Origin: Candidatus Poribacteria bacterium
Lineage (GTDB): Bacteria > Poribacteria > WGA-4E > PCPOR2b
NCBI GenBank assembly: GCA_965198175.1
Contig: OZ240245.1
Coordinates: 3,392,001-3,456,000, forward strand
Direction: 5' to 3'
DNA length: 64,000 nt
Part shown: one piece after another, positions 19,471-30,121 of the stretch
Layout of the letters: every line of letters starts with the position of its first letter
Position numbering within the stretch: position 1 is the first letter of the stretch
Made by a program: the position numbers and the translations under genes
Notes under the pieces: model-generated
What the model was told of the DNA's origin: nothing
Database searches by the model: none
Seen by the model: the letters and a program-made list of their open reading frames with translations, nothing else

Positions 19471-21372
19471 ATGACGAATTTTGAAATCATTCGAATTGTT
19501 TTTGTCCAAGCGCTTCTCGCGTCGGCGTGTGTGCCAACGAGACTGTCGGTTGGCGAAAACAAAAATGGTAGCAGAGCCGAGCAGGAAGAAAGGACAATAG
19601 CAGTACTCGACCAGATTGTTACGCCAACGTCCGGTGTTGAACTTACCGGTGGGCTATTGAAGACCGTTTTTGATAATAATATCCATCACCTACTAAAAAC
19701 GTATCCTGTTGATGACATTCTATACCGTTTCAGAGAGCGAGCAGGCAATCCGAATCCTCCGGGGCACAGCAGAGGCTGGGAGCATGTCCCACCTCTTTTG
19801 TACGGTTCATTAGCGGGTCTGTTTCTCATGGGCAGCGGAAATACACTAAGATGGGAAAATAATCCGCAACTGAGAGACATGATGGACCAGGTTGTCGATG
19901 GAATTGATGAATGTAAGCAGACGAATGGTTTTTTGATGGCGTACAAGGAGACAGAAACCGCTGCTGGGGAGAACCCGAACTATGTTAGATCGTGGGTCAC
20001 TCACGGGCTAATCGAAGCGAGTATAGGCGGAAATGACAAAGCCTTGCCCTTGATTCGAGCACATCAGAACTGGTTTAACCAGTGCGAATATCTCCCAAAA
20101 GTTAAAGATTTGACTCTTGGTTACCAGGGTATGATACCCAACACGAGAATGTACTTTACATCAATGGGACGAAAGCGGGATCTTGAAGTGCTTCAACAGT
20201 ACTACCAGGAAGATTGGTGGCTGGATCAATTAACAGTAAATGACGATAGGGCTATTTATAAGCGCCGACACGCGCACTGCTATGAAATAACAGCGTTTGA
20301 GGCATATTTGGATCTGTATAGAGCAACTGGCATAGAAAGATATTTGACGGCTGTGTCAAATGCTTGGGATATGATTCATAACAAGTGGGAACATGTCGGT
20401 GGCAGCATAGCCATCTCTTGGGGTGAACATATAAACAGGGATTATCCGGCATATTCATACTTTATTGACTGGGAAAGCCCATGGACCGGTGAACTTTGTG
20501 GCTCCGTATTCTGGATTAAACTCAACCAGAGACTGCACAGATTATATCCAGACGCCGAAAAATATGTAAACGAGATCGAGAAATCAATTTACAACATAGG
20601 TGTTGCCAACCAGGCAGGGAGTATCAGCATAAGATATCATGCCCTCCTAAACAAACAGAAAGATACCGTTCTCCAGGGCGATATGTATGTTTCATGCTGT
20701 GAAGGGCAAGCGATTCGACTGTATGGGTCACTACCTGAGTATCTTTACTCCATAGCACCCGATGGATTATATGTTGATATGTATGCTGATTCGAAAATAA
20801 CCTGGAACCCAGGAGGAACGCACGTAACTTTAACCAATTCCACATCTTTCCCAGAAGCTGAGGCTGTGATTCTGTCGATTTCTACTGAGAAGCCTGTCTC
20901 TTTCACTTTGAGGCTAAGAATGCCCTCATCGTTGACCTCGACAATTAAGATAAATGTAAATGGATCTGTGTTGGCAACCGGGACGCCGGGGACGTATTGT
21001 GCTATTACCAAAACATGGAAGGATGGTGACACTATCTCTTACACATTGCCAATGGATTTCAGAGTAAGCAGGTACACGGGGTTCGACATGATTGATGGTT
21101 ACGATCGATATGCTATCGAATATGGCACTGTGCTTCTGGGTGTCGTTGGTCCCTTTGACTTCAATGATGACTGTATAGAGATTGCTAATGATCCAGCGAA
21201 CCCAGCATCGTGGCTGGTGCCGGTGCCAGAAAAACCACTCCATTACAAGATAAAGGGCAAACCAGGATATGAATACATGCCTTACTATGAAATTCAGGAT
21301 GAGCAATTCACCTGTTACCCGGTAATAATGACCGAAGACCAATATCAAAAGAATAAAGAAGACGGAAAGTAA
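19471..21372 (+). CDS. GH127/GH146-like glycoside hydrolase (beta-L-arabinofuranosidase family)
   Basis: HAHCYE, GELCGS, YVNEIEKSIYN, SCCEG, LPEYLY, LRLRMP; start uncertain (ORF open from 19429). Confidence 0.8.
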   Translation: MTNFEIIRIVFVQALLASACVPTRLSVGENKNGSRAEQEERTIAVLDQIVTPTSGVELTGGLLKTVFDNNIHHLLKTYPVDDILYRFRERAGNPNPPGHSRGWEHVPPLLYGSLAGLFLMGSGNTLRWENNPQLRDMMDQVVDGIDECKQTNGFLMAYKETETAAGENPNYVRSWVTHGLIEASIGGNDKALPLIRAHQNWFNQCEYLPKVKDLTLGYQGMIPNTRMYFTSMGRKRDLEVLQQYYQEDWWLDQLTVNDDRAIYKRRHAHCYEITAFEAYLDLYRATGIERYLTAVSNAWDMIHNKWEHVGGSIAISWGEHINRDYPAYSYFIDWESPWTGELCGSVFWIKLNQRLHRLYPDAEKYVNEIEKSIYNIGVANQAGSISIRYHALLNKQKDTVLQGDMYVSCCEGQAIRLYGSLPEYLYSIAPDGLYVDMYADSKITWNPGGTHVTLTNSTSFPEAEAVILSISTEKPVSFTLRLRMPSSLTSTIKINVNGSVLATGTPGTYCAITKTWKDGDTISYTLPMDFRVSRYTGFDMIDGYDRYAIEYGTVLLGVVGPFDFNDDCIEIANDPANPASWLVPVPEKPLHYKIKGKPGYEYMPYYEIQDEQFTCYPVIMTEDQYQKNKEDGK

Positions 21373-21377
21373 ACCCG

Positions 21378-23138
21378 ATGAACATGACAGAGAACCACCA
21401 GATCTCCGAATTGAATCAGCCGCAGGTGTTCTTGCGTTTGGAAGGTGAGATGGGGCAGCGAATCCAAGCCAACCTGGACAATTGGTTGTATCCCTGCCCA
21501 CAGGTGAACCCCGGTATTCTGGAGATGTTTCGCATGCGCGACCGAGCACCTAAACCGAAAGTCACCATAGACTCGGGGTCCTTGTGGGGCAAGTATTTAA
21601 TCTCCGCCGTCCAAGCGATGCGCATGTCGGATGATCCCAAGCTGCACCCCTTTATCGCTGCACTCGTCAAAGAGTTCATTTCCACACAAGACGAGGACGG
21701 ATACTTAGGCGTCTACTACAGACATGAGCGGCTTTTTACTCACTGGGATTTTTGGGCACACTATCATTGTATCTTGGGTCTTTATATGTGGTACCGAGAA
21801 ACCGGTGACCGGGCTGCATTGACCTGCGCGCTGCGCGCAGCCGATTTAATCTGCGGTGCGTTACTGGATGGGGAAAAGGAATTGCATGATACACCGGGAC
21901 CTGAGATTAACACGTCGATTATCCACGGATTGGCAATTCTCTACCGGGAAACGGGAAACAGCCTCTACCTCCAGGGCGTGCAACATATCCAGAGTGTCTG
22001 GGAGAAGCTAGGTGGGGGCGGATTCTACCATCAGGCGATGGACGGTGTGGAGTTTTACCAGTCTGCTTCACACCGCTGGGAAATCCTTCATGCCCTGCAG
22101 GGACTAAGCGAACTCTACCGGATTACCGGTGACGATACCTACAAGCAGGCACAACTGCACTATTGGCATAGCATCCTCAAGACGGATGTTCACAACGCAG
22201 GCAGTTTTTCTGTGGGTGAACAAGCCGCCGGCAATCCGTTTATGCCAGGGGCAATTGAAACATGCTGCACGGTTGCTTGGATTGCTTACAGTATTGACGC
22301 GCTTCGACTCAGTCCGGACTGCAAAATTGTCGACGCCATCGAAAACGCTACCTGGAACGCAATGCTCGGCTCCCAGCACCCCAGCGGCCGCTGGTGGACC
22401 TACGACACCCCGATGGATGGCAAACGGCTCGCCTCCTTTCATCACTTGGCAGATGTCCATTCCGCCTGTGGTTCACCGGAGTTAAATTGCTGTGCGGTTA
22501 ACGGTCCCCGTAGTTTAGGCATGCTTTCCGAATGGGCGATTCTGGGAGACGATCAGGAGGGGCTTTATGTGAACTATTATGGCCCAGGCACGTTTGAAGT
22601 AAACCTCAACCCCACCTCGAAGTGGATCTTCAGGCAGCAAACGCGATATCCGGCTGAAGCGACGGTTCGCATAGAAGTCAACCCGGACAAGCCTCAACGC
22701 GTTCCCCTTTATCTGCGCATACCTGCTTGGTCAATGAAAACTAGTGTATCTGTCAACGGAAAACCCGTCAACGACATACAACCGGGCACCTACGTTAAAC
22801 TGGACAGAACATGGAACATGAAGGATTATATTGATCTGGAGTTGGACTTTAGCCTGCGTCTGCTTCGGGGTGATGAATACGTCAATCATAACGCATCCCT
22901 TTACAGGGGCCCGTTACTATTGGCTTTTGACCAAAAGCACAACACCTTGGAACCTGACGACATGCCGGCGTTGGATTTTGCCAAGCTTCAGTTAAGCCCC
23001 GTGGCATGTAACGACCGGTTCCAACCGTTGACCCTATTCAAGACGATTGCTACAGATGGGACAGAGATTTACCTGACCGACTACGCAACCGCTGGCGCCC
23101 ACGGCACCTGGTCCCGTTCTTGGCTGCCCATCGTTTAA
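21378..23138 (+). CDS. GH127/GH146-like glycoside hydrolase
   Basis: QDEDGYLG, IETCCTVAW, IENATWNAMLG, NCCAVNG, YVNYY, LRIPAW, RGPLLLA. Confidence 0.85.
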   Translation: MNMTENHQISELNQPQVFLRLEGEMGQRIQANLDNWLYPCPQVNPGILEMFRMRDRAPKPKVTIDSGSLWGKYLISAVQAMRMSDDPKLHPFIAALVKEFISTQDEDGYLGVYYRHERLFTHWDFWAHYHCILGLYMWYRETGDRAALTCALRAADLICGALLDGEKELHDTPGPEINTSIIHGLAILYRETGNSLYLQGVQHIQSVWEKLGGGGFYHQAMDGVEFYQSASHRWEILHALQGLSELYRITGDDTYKQAQLHYWHSILKTDVHNAGSFSVGEQAAGNPFMPGAIETCCTVAWIAYSIDALRLSPDCKIVDAIENATWNAMLGSQHPSGRWWTYDTPMDGKRLASFHHLADVHSACGSPELNCCAVNGPRSLGMLSEWAILGDDQEGLYVNYYGPGTFEVNLNPTSKWIFRQQTRYPAEATVRIEVNPDKPQRVPLYLRIPAWSMKTSVSVNGKPVNDIQPGTYVKLDRTWNMKDYIDLELDFSLRLLRGDEYVNHNASLYRGPLLLAFDQKHNTLEPDDMPALDFAKLQLSPVACNDRFQPLTLFKTIATDGTEIYLTDYATAGAHGTWSRSWLPIV

Positions 23139-23529
23139 TCAAGCTAAACAAAAAAGGCACCAAAAGCGGGGCGAGATGTCCCCCAACTCATTTCATTGAC
23201 CTCAGTTATACAGGCAAACATATTGGTTGGAACATAGTCAGAGGAGAGTTAATGGCTAACGAAGCGAGGGCAAGGGTAACCAAGCGCAAGGTATTCGAAG
23301 CCGCACAATTTGGTGCCGACCCCACCGTTAACGTGTGACATGAATCGCGTGTGGTCGCGCAAGGCGTAGCTGAGATACTCGTTTGTGAAGTGGGAGGTAA
23401 AATTCAGGAACTTAGGCAAATCTCCCTGCCCAATCTAACGCCATTCGACGCTTCTCAGCTCTAGGACGGGCTAAGAGATCTTCCGCACATGCGTGTTGTG
23501 GAAATGGTAGGCGAGGGTCACGAAACGAT

Positions 23530-24822
23530 TCAGTATCGATATGCGGCGGACATGAATATTCGATGGTCGGTTCGCTTTTCTGACAAGGAACCATCCGATT
23601 GCTCCCATGAACCCCGCATATAAGCGACATCAACCTTGATAGCTTTGTCAAAAATCTTTCCAACACCAACCGTCAGGAAATTTCTATCGTTTTCAATGTC
23701 TTTCCCCTGAAACGGAATAGGATCGTGGATGTAACCCACGCGCAACCTGGTGTCGATTTCCGAGACATGATATTCTGCGCCGGCGCGAACCTGGATGGTG
23801 CTATCGTAGAGTTCCTCAAAGTGGTCGCGGGAAATGTCTTCTGCTGGAAGTGGATCGTATGCTGTTTGCGTCCAATCCGAAAACTGGAAATCCGTCCCCA
23901 GGGTTAGACGTTTGTCCAGAAGTTTTACAGCGATTCCCCCGCTAAACTCGAAGGGACGCTCGATATTATACTCAATATCATCCTCGTCAACGTCGCTTTC
24001 TCGCTCACCATCATCAAACGATATGAAAGTTCCTTGACGCCAAAATTCGTAAACTTCAAGGTTCATCGGAAAGACCGTCGTGAAGCCGAGCGTCACATAC
24101 TCACCCAAATGAGCCAACACCCCAACTCGACCACCCAACCCCGAATACTCCCGGTCAACGCTGTCATGGAACTCCAGCCGTGCAATTTCCATGTCGATGC
24201 CGTTGACATCCTTCGCGGTGCTGTCGAGTTCGTTGAGGCTCTTGCCATGCCAGAAGTCCAACGCAGCACCAAGTATGATGTTCTCAGTTACATAGACGCC
24301 CGTTCCTAAGCTCCAGATGCCAATCCCCCCTTTATCGCTGTTAGTTTCGTCGACATCAAGACCACCAAACACAGGGTCTTCAGAAGGATCGATTCCTTTG
24401 ACCACAATCCTCGAATCGAAGTTCTGAGGACGATTGTATCCTAGAGCGAATGCCATGCCGCCACGCGTTGTGTATAATGGATAGACCAAACCGATCGAAT
24501 TGGGACGGGTTTTGGACCTGCCACCATCTGTAACCTCTCTCGACTGCGAAAACTGAGTTTCAGCGTCCATTTCATTGTGCGAGAAACTGGTAAACAGCTC
24601 GAATTTCCGTATCTGGGCAAGCCCAGCAGGATTCCAATAGAGCGTTGTGAAATCATCTGCGATACCAACAAATGCCCCGCCCATACCCATTGCTCTTGCA
24701 CCAAGACCGAAAGTGTTACCAATGGCAATTTCTTCCGCTTGCACCATTGCCACGATTCCCCACATCGTAAGACAGCACAGTGTGAAACTCCAAAGAGTAG
24801 TGCGTTTAGTCGTTTTTCTCAT
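23530..24822 (-). CDS. FadL/TodX-like outer-membrane beta-barrel transporter
   Basis: Signal peptide; GARAMGMGGAFVGIADD..LYWNPAGL; C-terminal beta-signal SAAYRY. Confidence 0.85.
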   Translation of the reverse strand: MRKTTKRTTLWSFTLCCLTMWGIVAMVQAEEIAIGNTFGLGARAMGMGGAFVGIADDFTTLYWNPAGLAQIRKFELFTSFSHNEMDAETQFSQSREVTDGGRSKTRPNSIGLVYPLYTTRGGMAFALGYNRPQNFDSRIVVKGIDPSEDPVFGGLDVDETNSDKGGIGIWSLGTGVYVTENIILGAALDFWHGKSLNELDSTAKDVNGIDMEIARLEFHDSVDREYSGLGGRVGVLAHLGEYVTLGFTTVFPMNLEVYEFWRQGTFISFDDGERESDVDEDDIEYNIERPFEFSGGIAVKLLDKRLTLGTDFQFSDWTQTAYDPLPAEDISRDHFEELYDSTIQVRAGAEYHVSEIDTRLRVGYIHDPIPFQGKDIENDRNFLTVGVGKIFDKAIKVDVAYMRGSWEQSDGSLSEKRTDHRIFMSAAYRY

Positions 24823-24920
24823 CGGATCATAACCTCCTGTCAAATTGCCGCAACTATCGTAAGGTGTTGCGATTCAAGTGTCCCACTCAGGATCCAAGCA
24901 GGCGCCCCTGAATTCGCCAT

Positions 24921-25460
24921 TCATCGCGATCTGCCGCGATACTGTCGTGAACGTTTTGTTCCGTGATGTGCTTCACGATTCTTGTAGGTGCGGCTTGAGC
25001 GAGTCCCGCTATAACGATGATGGCGACCGTAGTTTCTATAGTAATACCGATTATAGCCACTATACCGATAGGGGCGGCGATATGGATAGAAACTATAATT
25101 GCCACCATAAGAATAATACGGATAATATGGATAAAGCGGAGGATAGTAGTAATCGTGGTAGTAGGGTCTGCGATAAGGCGTGTATTCGCGATAGACCGGC
25201 TTGCGACGTCCGTAGTAGCCTTCATCTTCCTCTACCTCAACACGATCCGTGTCAGCATCTTCGTGATCGGCACCCTTTTCGGTTTCCGATTCTACACGTG
25301 CCTGCTTGTCGTGTTTGGATTCCGCCGCTATTTCCTGATTGTGGCGATGGTACGATGCTCGTTTATCTAGACGTGATTCATAGTAACCGACTTGGGTATA
25401 ACACCCCGCTGCTATCAGCACTGCCAATAGCAATGTGGCTGTCAGAGCAAGGTTCCTCAT
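24921..25460 (-). CDS. Lipoprotein with Tyr/Pro/Arg-rich low-complexity tail
   Basis: Lipobox IAAGC; acidic linker then YYPPLYPYYPYYSY... and a basic tail; directly upstream of the FadL-like gene. Confidence 0.7.
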   Translation of the reverse strand: MRNLALTATLLLAVLIAAGCYTQVGYYESRLDKRASYHRHNQEIAAESKHDKQARVESETEKGADHEDADTDRVEVEEDEGYYGRRKPVYREYTPYRRPYYHDYYYPPLYPYYPYYSYGGNYSFYPYRRPYRYSGYNRYYYRNYGRHHRYSGTRSSRTYKNREAHHGTKRSRQYRGRSR

Positions 25461-25761
25461 GGTTCTCATTCCTTTCACCAAAGTTAGAGTACAATTTTTC
25501 GAGAGTATACCATAGCAAACCTCATATGCCAAGTGAAAAATATATGATAGCAATTTAGATGCCAAAACTAAATCTCAGCCTGGGGCTAGGATATAGAAGA
25601 TTGTATTAAGGGAACCTGTTGTAGAAGTGATACAACTTCGTAGCACAAGTGTCACACGTCAATGTTCATAGCAAAGTTCAGGAGGGAGAATGAGCGTAAC
25701 TATCGGAGGATTTTGAACTTTACCGAAAGTAATTGTAATGCCATCGGGGACCAAGACTAAA

Positions 25762-25790
25762 TTGACATCTCTGACCAGCTATGCTAAAAT
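25762..25790 (+). promoter_or_regulatory. sigma70-like promoter (extended -10)
   Basis: TTGACA-17 bp-TAAAAT with TGn upstream of the -10. Confidence 0.6.
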
Positions 25791-25851
25791 TAGGGTCACT
25801 ATTGCAGATTATAACGTGCTGAAGGCGGGGGCTCAAGAAGGAGAATAGCAG

Positions 25852-26226
25852 ATGCGAAAACGCAGCGTGCGTCAAATTTTCATAGCAGGGTTGCGCTTAA
25901 AGTGTCCTAGATGCGGCCAAGGTGAGATGTTTTCAGGCATGTTCAAAATGTGTTCGGAGTGCGATAACTGCCATTTCAGGTTTGAGCGAGAGATGGGATA
26001 TTTTGTTGGGGCGATGTATATCAACTTCGGTGTGACTGTTTTCATTGCATTTGCCAGTTATTTCGCGTTGGACTATTTAACGTCTATCTCTTTTCTGCAG
26101 AACTTCATTCTGTGGGGCGTTTTCTGTGCACTTTTCCCTATCTTCTTCTTCCGGTACTCTCGCAGCCTGTGGTTGAGCTTCGACTACATTGTCGATCCGT
26201 CTGAACCGCTGGATCCGCGCCCGTAA
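25852..26226 (+). CDS. DUF983-like membrane protein with Zn ribbon
   Basis: KCPRCGQG.MF, CDNC, EREMGYFVGAMYI, two TM helices, RYSRSLWL. Confidence 0.8.
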   Translation: MRKRSVRQIFIAGLRLKCPRCGQGEMFSGMFKMCSECDNCHFRFEREMGYFVGAMYINFGVTVFIAFASYFALDYLTSISFLQNFILWGVFCALFPIFFFRYSRSLWLSFDYIVDPSEPLDPRP

Positions 26227-26249
26227 GGTGCGGTCCCCCGTCTCTCTCC

Positions 26250-26385
26250 ATCGGTATACGCCTTCGAAATCTCGGCAGCGCTCGCATCGGGAAGAATGAC
26301 GTAATTGATTAAGGGCACTCATCTCAAGTTGTCGCATCCGATCTCTGGAAGGATTCAAAGGTGTACCGATTTCCTGCAACAAGAA
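26250..26385 (-). pseudogene. Degraded sigma70 (RpoD-like) region 4.2 fragment
   Basis: LQEIGTPLNPSRDRMRQLEMSALNQLRHSSR resembles L.EIG..L..SRERIRQIE..AL.KLRHPSR. Confidence 0.65.
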
Positions 26386-26461
26386 AAACTATCGAAGCCG
26401 CTGATATTCACACACAATTATAATACACGAACGAGCAGAAGCCGAAGGGAACTAGGGAAAG

Positions 26462-27403
26462 ATGGTAAGATCGCCGATTAAGGGGGCTAGCAGCCCAGTA
26501 AGAACGGACACGCATACCGTAGAACTCTGCAAACCGGGCATTCAGGTACAAGAAGGCATCGTTTTGAGCGACATTTCTCCCACGCTGACCGACACCCAAG
26601 TCGTGGAGTTCTGCAAACAAGGGTACCTGATTCTTGAGGGCGCCGTTCCGGACGAGATTAATCGAAGGACGTACGATTATTTGATTGCAAATCCGACTGG
26701 CCAACCTATCGAACTCCTTCAGGAAGACTGGTTCATCGAACAAGTTCTTCTCAACCCTCAAGCTGCAGGTGCAGTGCGGTCGCTGTTGGGTAAAACCTTC
26801 ATGCTTCCCAAAGGGTTGGCTAATCATCGAATCGAATGTCCGGCACCGGCGCAGGGATGGCATAGAGATGGGGGATCACGCCATGGTCCGGAGCTCAATC
26901 ATTTGCAGGTATTCTATTATCCGCAGGACACGCCAAAAGAACTCGGACCGACGGGACTTGTACCAGGGTCTCATTTCTACTTTTCTCTTTCAAGGTGCAT
27001 GGGACATTTTACGAGCATTCGTTCGGCGGTCAATACCGCCGCACCGGCTGGCTCGATTTTTATCACAGTCTATTCCATTTGGCATCGCCGTTCGGAATCC
27101 ACCGCCCACGGTATCCGCAATATGCTGAAATACTGTTATTGGCGCACAGTTCCCCCAGAGCGAGATTGGTTGGTTGCGCCGGACTTTGACCCCGCCGCCG
27201 CTTCATACAGCTTAGACGGTCCCTTCCTTCAGCCGCCCCGACAGCAATTCCGAGACTGGTATGATGCGGCAGAGATGTTCTTCTGGCTCTCCGGAAATTC
27301 CAATGGACTCCGCGATCTGTTCGGCTATCCAGACTGGCCGATGGGCTATCCCCCCGGTTGGCAACCTGAGGAACTTTATAAACCACAGCAGAGACAAAGG
27401 TGA
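26462..27403 (+). CDS. PhyH-family dioxygenase (start may be TTG at 26564)
   Basis: LTDTQVVEFCKQGYL, WHRDG, GPTGLVPGSH, IWHRR. Confidence 0.8.
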   Translation: MVRSPIKGASSPVRTDTHTVELCKPGIQVQEGIVLSDISPTLTDTQVVEFCKQGYLILEGAVPDEINRRTYDYLIANPTGQPIELLQEDWFIEQVLLNPQAAGAVRSLLGKTFMLPKGLANHRIECPAPAQGWHRDGGSRHGPELNHLQVFYYPQDTPKELGPTGLVPGSHFYFSLSRCMGHFTSIRSAVNTAAPAGSIFITVYSIWHRRSESTAHGIRNMLKYCYWRTVPPERDWLVAPDFDPAAASYSLDGPFLQPPRQQFRDWYDAAEMFFWLSGNSNGLRDLFGYPDWPMGYPPGWQPEELYKPQQRQR

Positions 27404-27413
27404 AGACTATCGG

Positions 27414-28643
27414 GTGATTTTCCGCGCGAAGTATCTCATACCGAATAGCCGTCTGATCATCGAAAATGGCGCCATTGCGATTCACGGATCGGAGATTGTC
27501 GATATTGGTCGGTATCCAACGCTCCGAAACACGGGGACAGGTCCCATACGAGATTTGGGAGATGCAGTGATTCTCCCGGGATTGGTAAACAGCCACACCC
27601 ATCTTGAGTTGACCAACCACGGCGCGTTCGTTGACCGGACGGCGCAACTTACGAATTGGCTCCTGCAGATCGTTCGCAATCAACGGTGGGACAAGGCATG
27701 GGTTGAGCGCGCAATCCAAAGCGGTGTTGAAATGAGTCTCGCAGGCGGAACAACAACCGTCGGTGACATTCACGGATCTGGACAATCTGCGCAAACACTC
27801 AAAGACGCGCCCATCCGAAAAGTGGTATTTTTCGAGACAACAGGGTTTTCACCCGAACGGTCCCAGATTGGGACTAAGCGGATCAATACGCATCTCGAAG
27901 CTGCACCGGAACCTGATTCCCTTATTGCGTTTGGTGTGTCGCCACACGCGCCCTACTCCACGGCTGCCTCGCTTTATCGCCACTGCTGTGAACTCGCGCT
28001 GTCACGCGGATTACCGCTGTGCACACATCTGTCAGAAACCCGAGAGGAGATTGAGTTTTTAGCGTCAGGAACCAACGCATTCGCAGACTTACTAACAGCT
28101 TTACAAATTCCGATGGAAGATTGGACGCCGCCGAATCGAACGCCGGTGCAGTACATGAAGGCACTTGGCGTGTTGGCAGTTCACCCTCTTTTGGCCCATT
28201 GTAACTATCTGACAGATCAAGACATCCAGACGCTTGCGGAAAGCGAAGCATCCGTCGTGTTTTGCCCTCGGAGCCACCACTACTTTTACCACACCGATCA
28301 CCCGCTTGAACGTCTGCTTGCAGCCGGTGTAAATGTCGCCATCGGAACTGACAGCCTCGCCAGCAATTGGTCCCTAGCCATGCTCGACGAACTCCGATTC
28401 TTGGGCAAAGCGTGGGATCGCCTTCCTCCTGAGACGCTCCTAGATCTGGTTACAATTAATGGAGCGCGAGGGCTTCGGCTGCGTCATATCGGCAAGCTAG
28501 AAAAAGGCTGGCTGGCAGATTTCATCGCCATTGAACTTCGGAACAGTAGGCAACCCATCATTGAGCAGATTCTTGATGAGTCTGCTTGTAATCTGCTAAC
28601 CGTTGTCGGTGGAAAGATATGTTATGACGCCCACGCATCGTAG
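27414..28643 (+). CDS. Metal-dependent amidohydrolase (MTA/SAH or aminodeoxyfutalosine deaminase-like)
   Basis: PGLVNSHTHLE, SPHAPYS, THLSETREE, CPRS, GTDSLASN; start inferred at GTG 27414. Confidence 0.85.
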   Translation: MIFRAKYLIPNSRLIIENGAIAIHGSEIVDIGRYPTLRNTGTGPIRDLGDAVILPGLVNSHTHLELTNHGAFVDRTAQLTNWLLQIVRNQRWDKAWVERAIQSGVEMSLAGGTTTVGDIHGSGQSAQTLKDAPIRKVVFFETTGFSPERSQIGTKRINTHLEAAPEPDSLIAFGVSPHAPYSTAASLYRHCCELALSRGLPLCTHLSETREEIEFLASGTNAFADLLTALQIPMEDWTPPNRTPVQYMKALGVLAVHPLLAHCNYLTDQDIQTLAESEASVVFCPRSHHYFYHTDHPLERLLAAGVNVAIGTDSLASNWSLAMLDELRFLGKAWDRLPPETLLDLVTINGARGLRLRHIGKLEKGWLADFIAIELRNSRQPIIEQILDESACNLLTVVGGKICYDAHAS

Positions 28644-28693
28644 TTTCAGCTCATCACGATGCGTGCCGCGATGCGTGTAGGAGGACGTTCGCT

Positions 28694-29095
28694 TCAATAG
28701 CGATTCAGCGTCGAATCAATTTCAATCGCCCACCGATCAATCCCACCGGCTAAACTTTTTACGTTCCGAAAACCGAGTTGATACAAGTAGGCAGCCGCAT
28801 ACATGCTTCGCATCCCTTTATGGCAATGGATGACGATTTCGCTGTCCATATCAAGCCGATGCACTTGTTGGGGCAACTCGTTGACCGGGATTAAAAGGGC
28901 GTCTTCAAAACGAACAATCTCATACTCGTCGGTCTCACGAACATCAAGCAATATAATCGGATGGTTCCGATCTCGCTTCTGCTTGAGTTCATGAACTGAG
29001 ATTTCGTGTTTTTCCGGCTCAAAATGCGGAGAAGTTGCGGGCTCCTGTGCTTCCGCGGATTGTCTCGATTGCACATCCTTTATCGATTCTTCCAA
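28694..29095 (-). CDS. Rhodanese-domain protein
   Basis: LLDVRE..EY, CHKGMRS active loop, LAGGIDRW. Confidence 0.9.
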   Translation of the reverse strand: MEESIKDVQSRQSAEAQEPATSPHFEPEKHEISVHELKQKRDRNHPIILLDVRETDEYEIVRFEDALLIPVNELPQQVHRLDMDSEIVIHCHKGMRSMYAAAYLYQLGFRNVKSLAGGIDRWAIEIDSTLNRY

Positions 29096-29110
29096 GATTA
29101 TTTTCTCCTT

Positions 29111-29878
29111 TCAATTGAAATTTTCATGTTTAACAAATGCTGATGGACGCAAGCGTACGGACCTCCCACATATTGACTCAACGTATCCCAGCCTCAATAA
29201 GCTGACGACTTCGTAATCAGAAGGGACATTGAAAATCTGGCGGATTTGTTCGCAATCACCCTGACGTTCGAGTGGCGCACTAATGAACTGACTGCCAATT
29301 TTAAGCGCTGTCGCGGCTAACATTAGGTTCTGAATCATCGCTCCCATACTCAGCGACATCCAGCGTCGCCCACCGTCTCCAGGGGGGCGCCTTCTACAAT
29401 CCATCAAGATCAGCATCAGTAGCGGCGATGTCCGAATAAGCTCGGAAATCGTTTCAGCAGGTTTTCGACCTGCGCCAAGATGCCCCAGCACACTCAGGTG
29501 CTTTGCATTTTTGAGCAGTGGCGCAAGTTTTCTTGGATTCTTTAGTAAAATAGGTGGTAGGTCAACGTGATCCGCGAGCAACACTCCATCCCCCAGTTCT
29601 TGCCACTCTTCCTCCGTCAAGCGCATCCAGCGGCTGTTGTCATCAAGAAACTGGGAATCCTTGAACTGCTCAACGATACACCGTTCCGTCAGATCGGCAA
29701 GCGCATTTTTGCCCTGCGTTTCTTGGATAATGAGTAGCTCCCACGGCTGAACATTAAACGGGGATGGCGCCCACCGCGCGGCTTGTATGAGCTTATCCAC
29801 ATCTGATTGAGCGATTGGTTCGTTCCGAAACTTTTCGCGATAGCTCCGTCGTTGGGCGATTGCGTCGAATACGTCCAT
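29111..29878 (-). CDS. Nitroreductase family protein
   Basis: IAQRRSYR, ARWAPSPFNVQPW, QNLMLAATALKIGS, LRLGY. Confidence 0.9.
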   Translation of the reverse strand: MDVFDAIAQRRSYREKFRNEPIAQSDVDKLIQAARWAPSPFNVQPWELLIIQETQGKNALADLTERCIVEQFKDSQFLDDNSRWMRLTEEEWQELGDGVLLADHVDLPPILLKNPRKLAPLLKNAKHLSVLGHLGAGRKPAETISELIRTSPLLMLILMDCRRRPPGDGGRRWMSLSMGAMIQNLMLAATALKIGSQFISAPLERQGDCEQIRQIFNVPSDYEVVSLLRLGYVESICGRSVRLRPSAFVKHENFN

Positions 29879-30013
29879 ATTTTATAGTTCCTGTAGCTCG
29901 ATTATACAAGGCATTAGGTCTAAGAATTTGTCTATTCTGTCTGTTTTTTTCCGCCGTAAGCAATCCCCCATTGGGAGAAGTCTTCCACACCGACCAAATC
30001 GGCGCCGGTGTAT

Positions 30014-30049
30014 AAAAACCCACCCTGTGTGCACGCAGGGTGGGTTTTT
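30014..30049. terminator. Bidirectional rho-independent terminator
   Basis: AAAAACCCACCCTG-tgtgcacg-CAGGGTGGGTTTTT. Confidence 0.8.
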
Positions 30050-30121
30050 CACCTCGAAACATTCAAATCGTCACGCGATAATCTGCCTGCATCCCGATGG
30101 TAGGAAATACGCACGTCGCGG

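Noticed and set aside
24878..25558. Alternative-frame ORFs over the Tyr-rich lipoprotein
   Set aside because: Low-complexity codon repeats leave other frames open; only the minus-strand frame has a lipobox.
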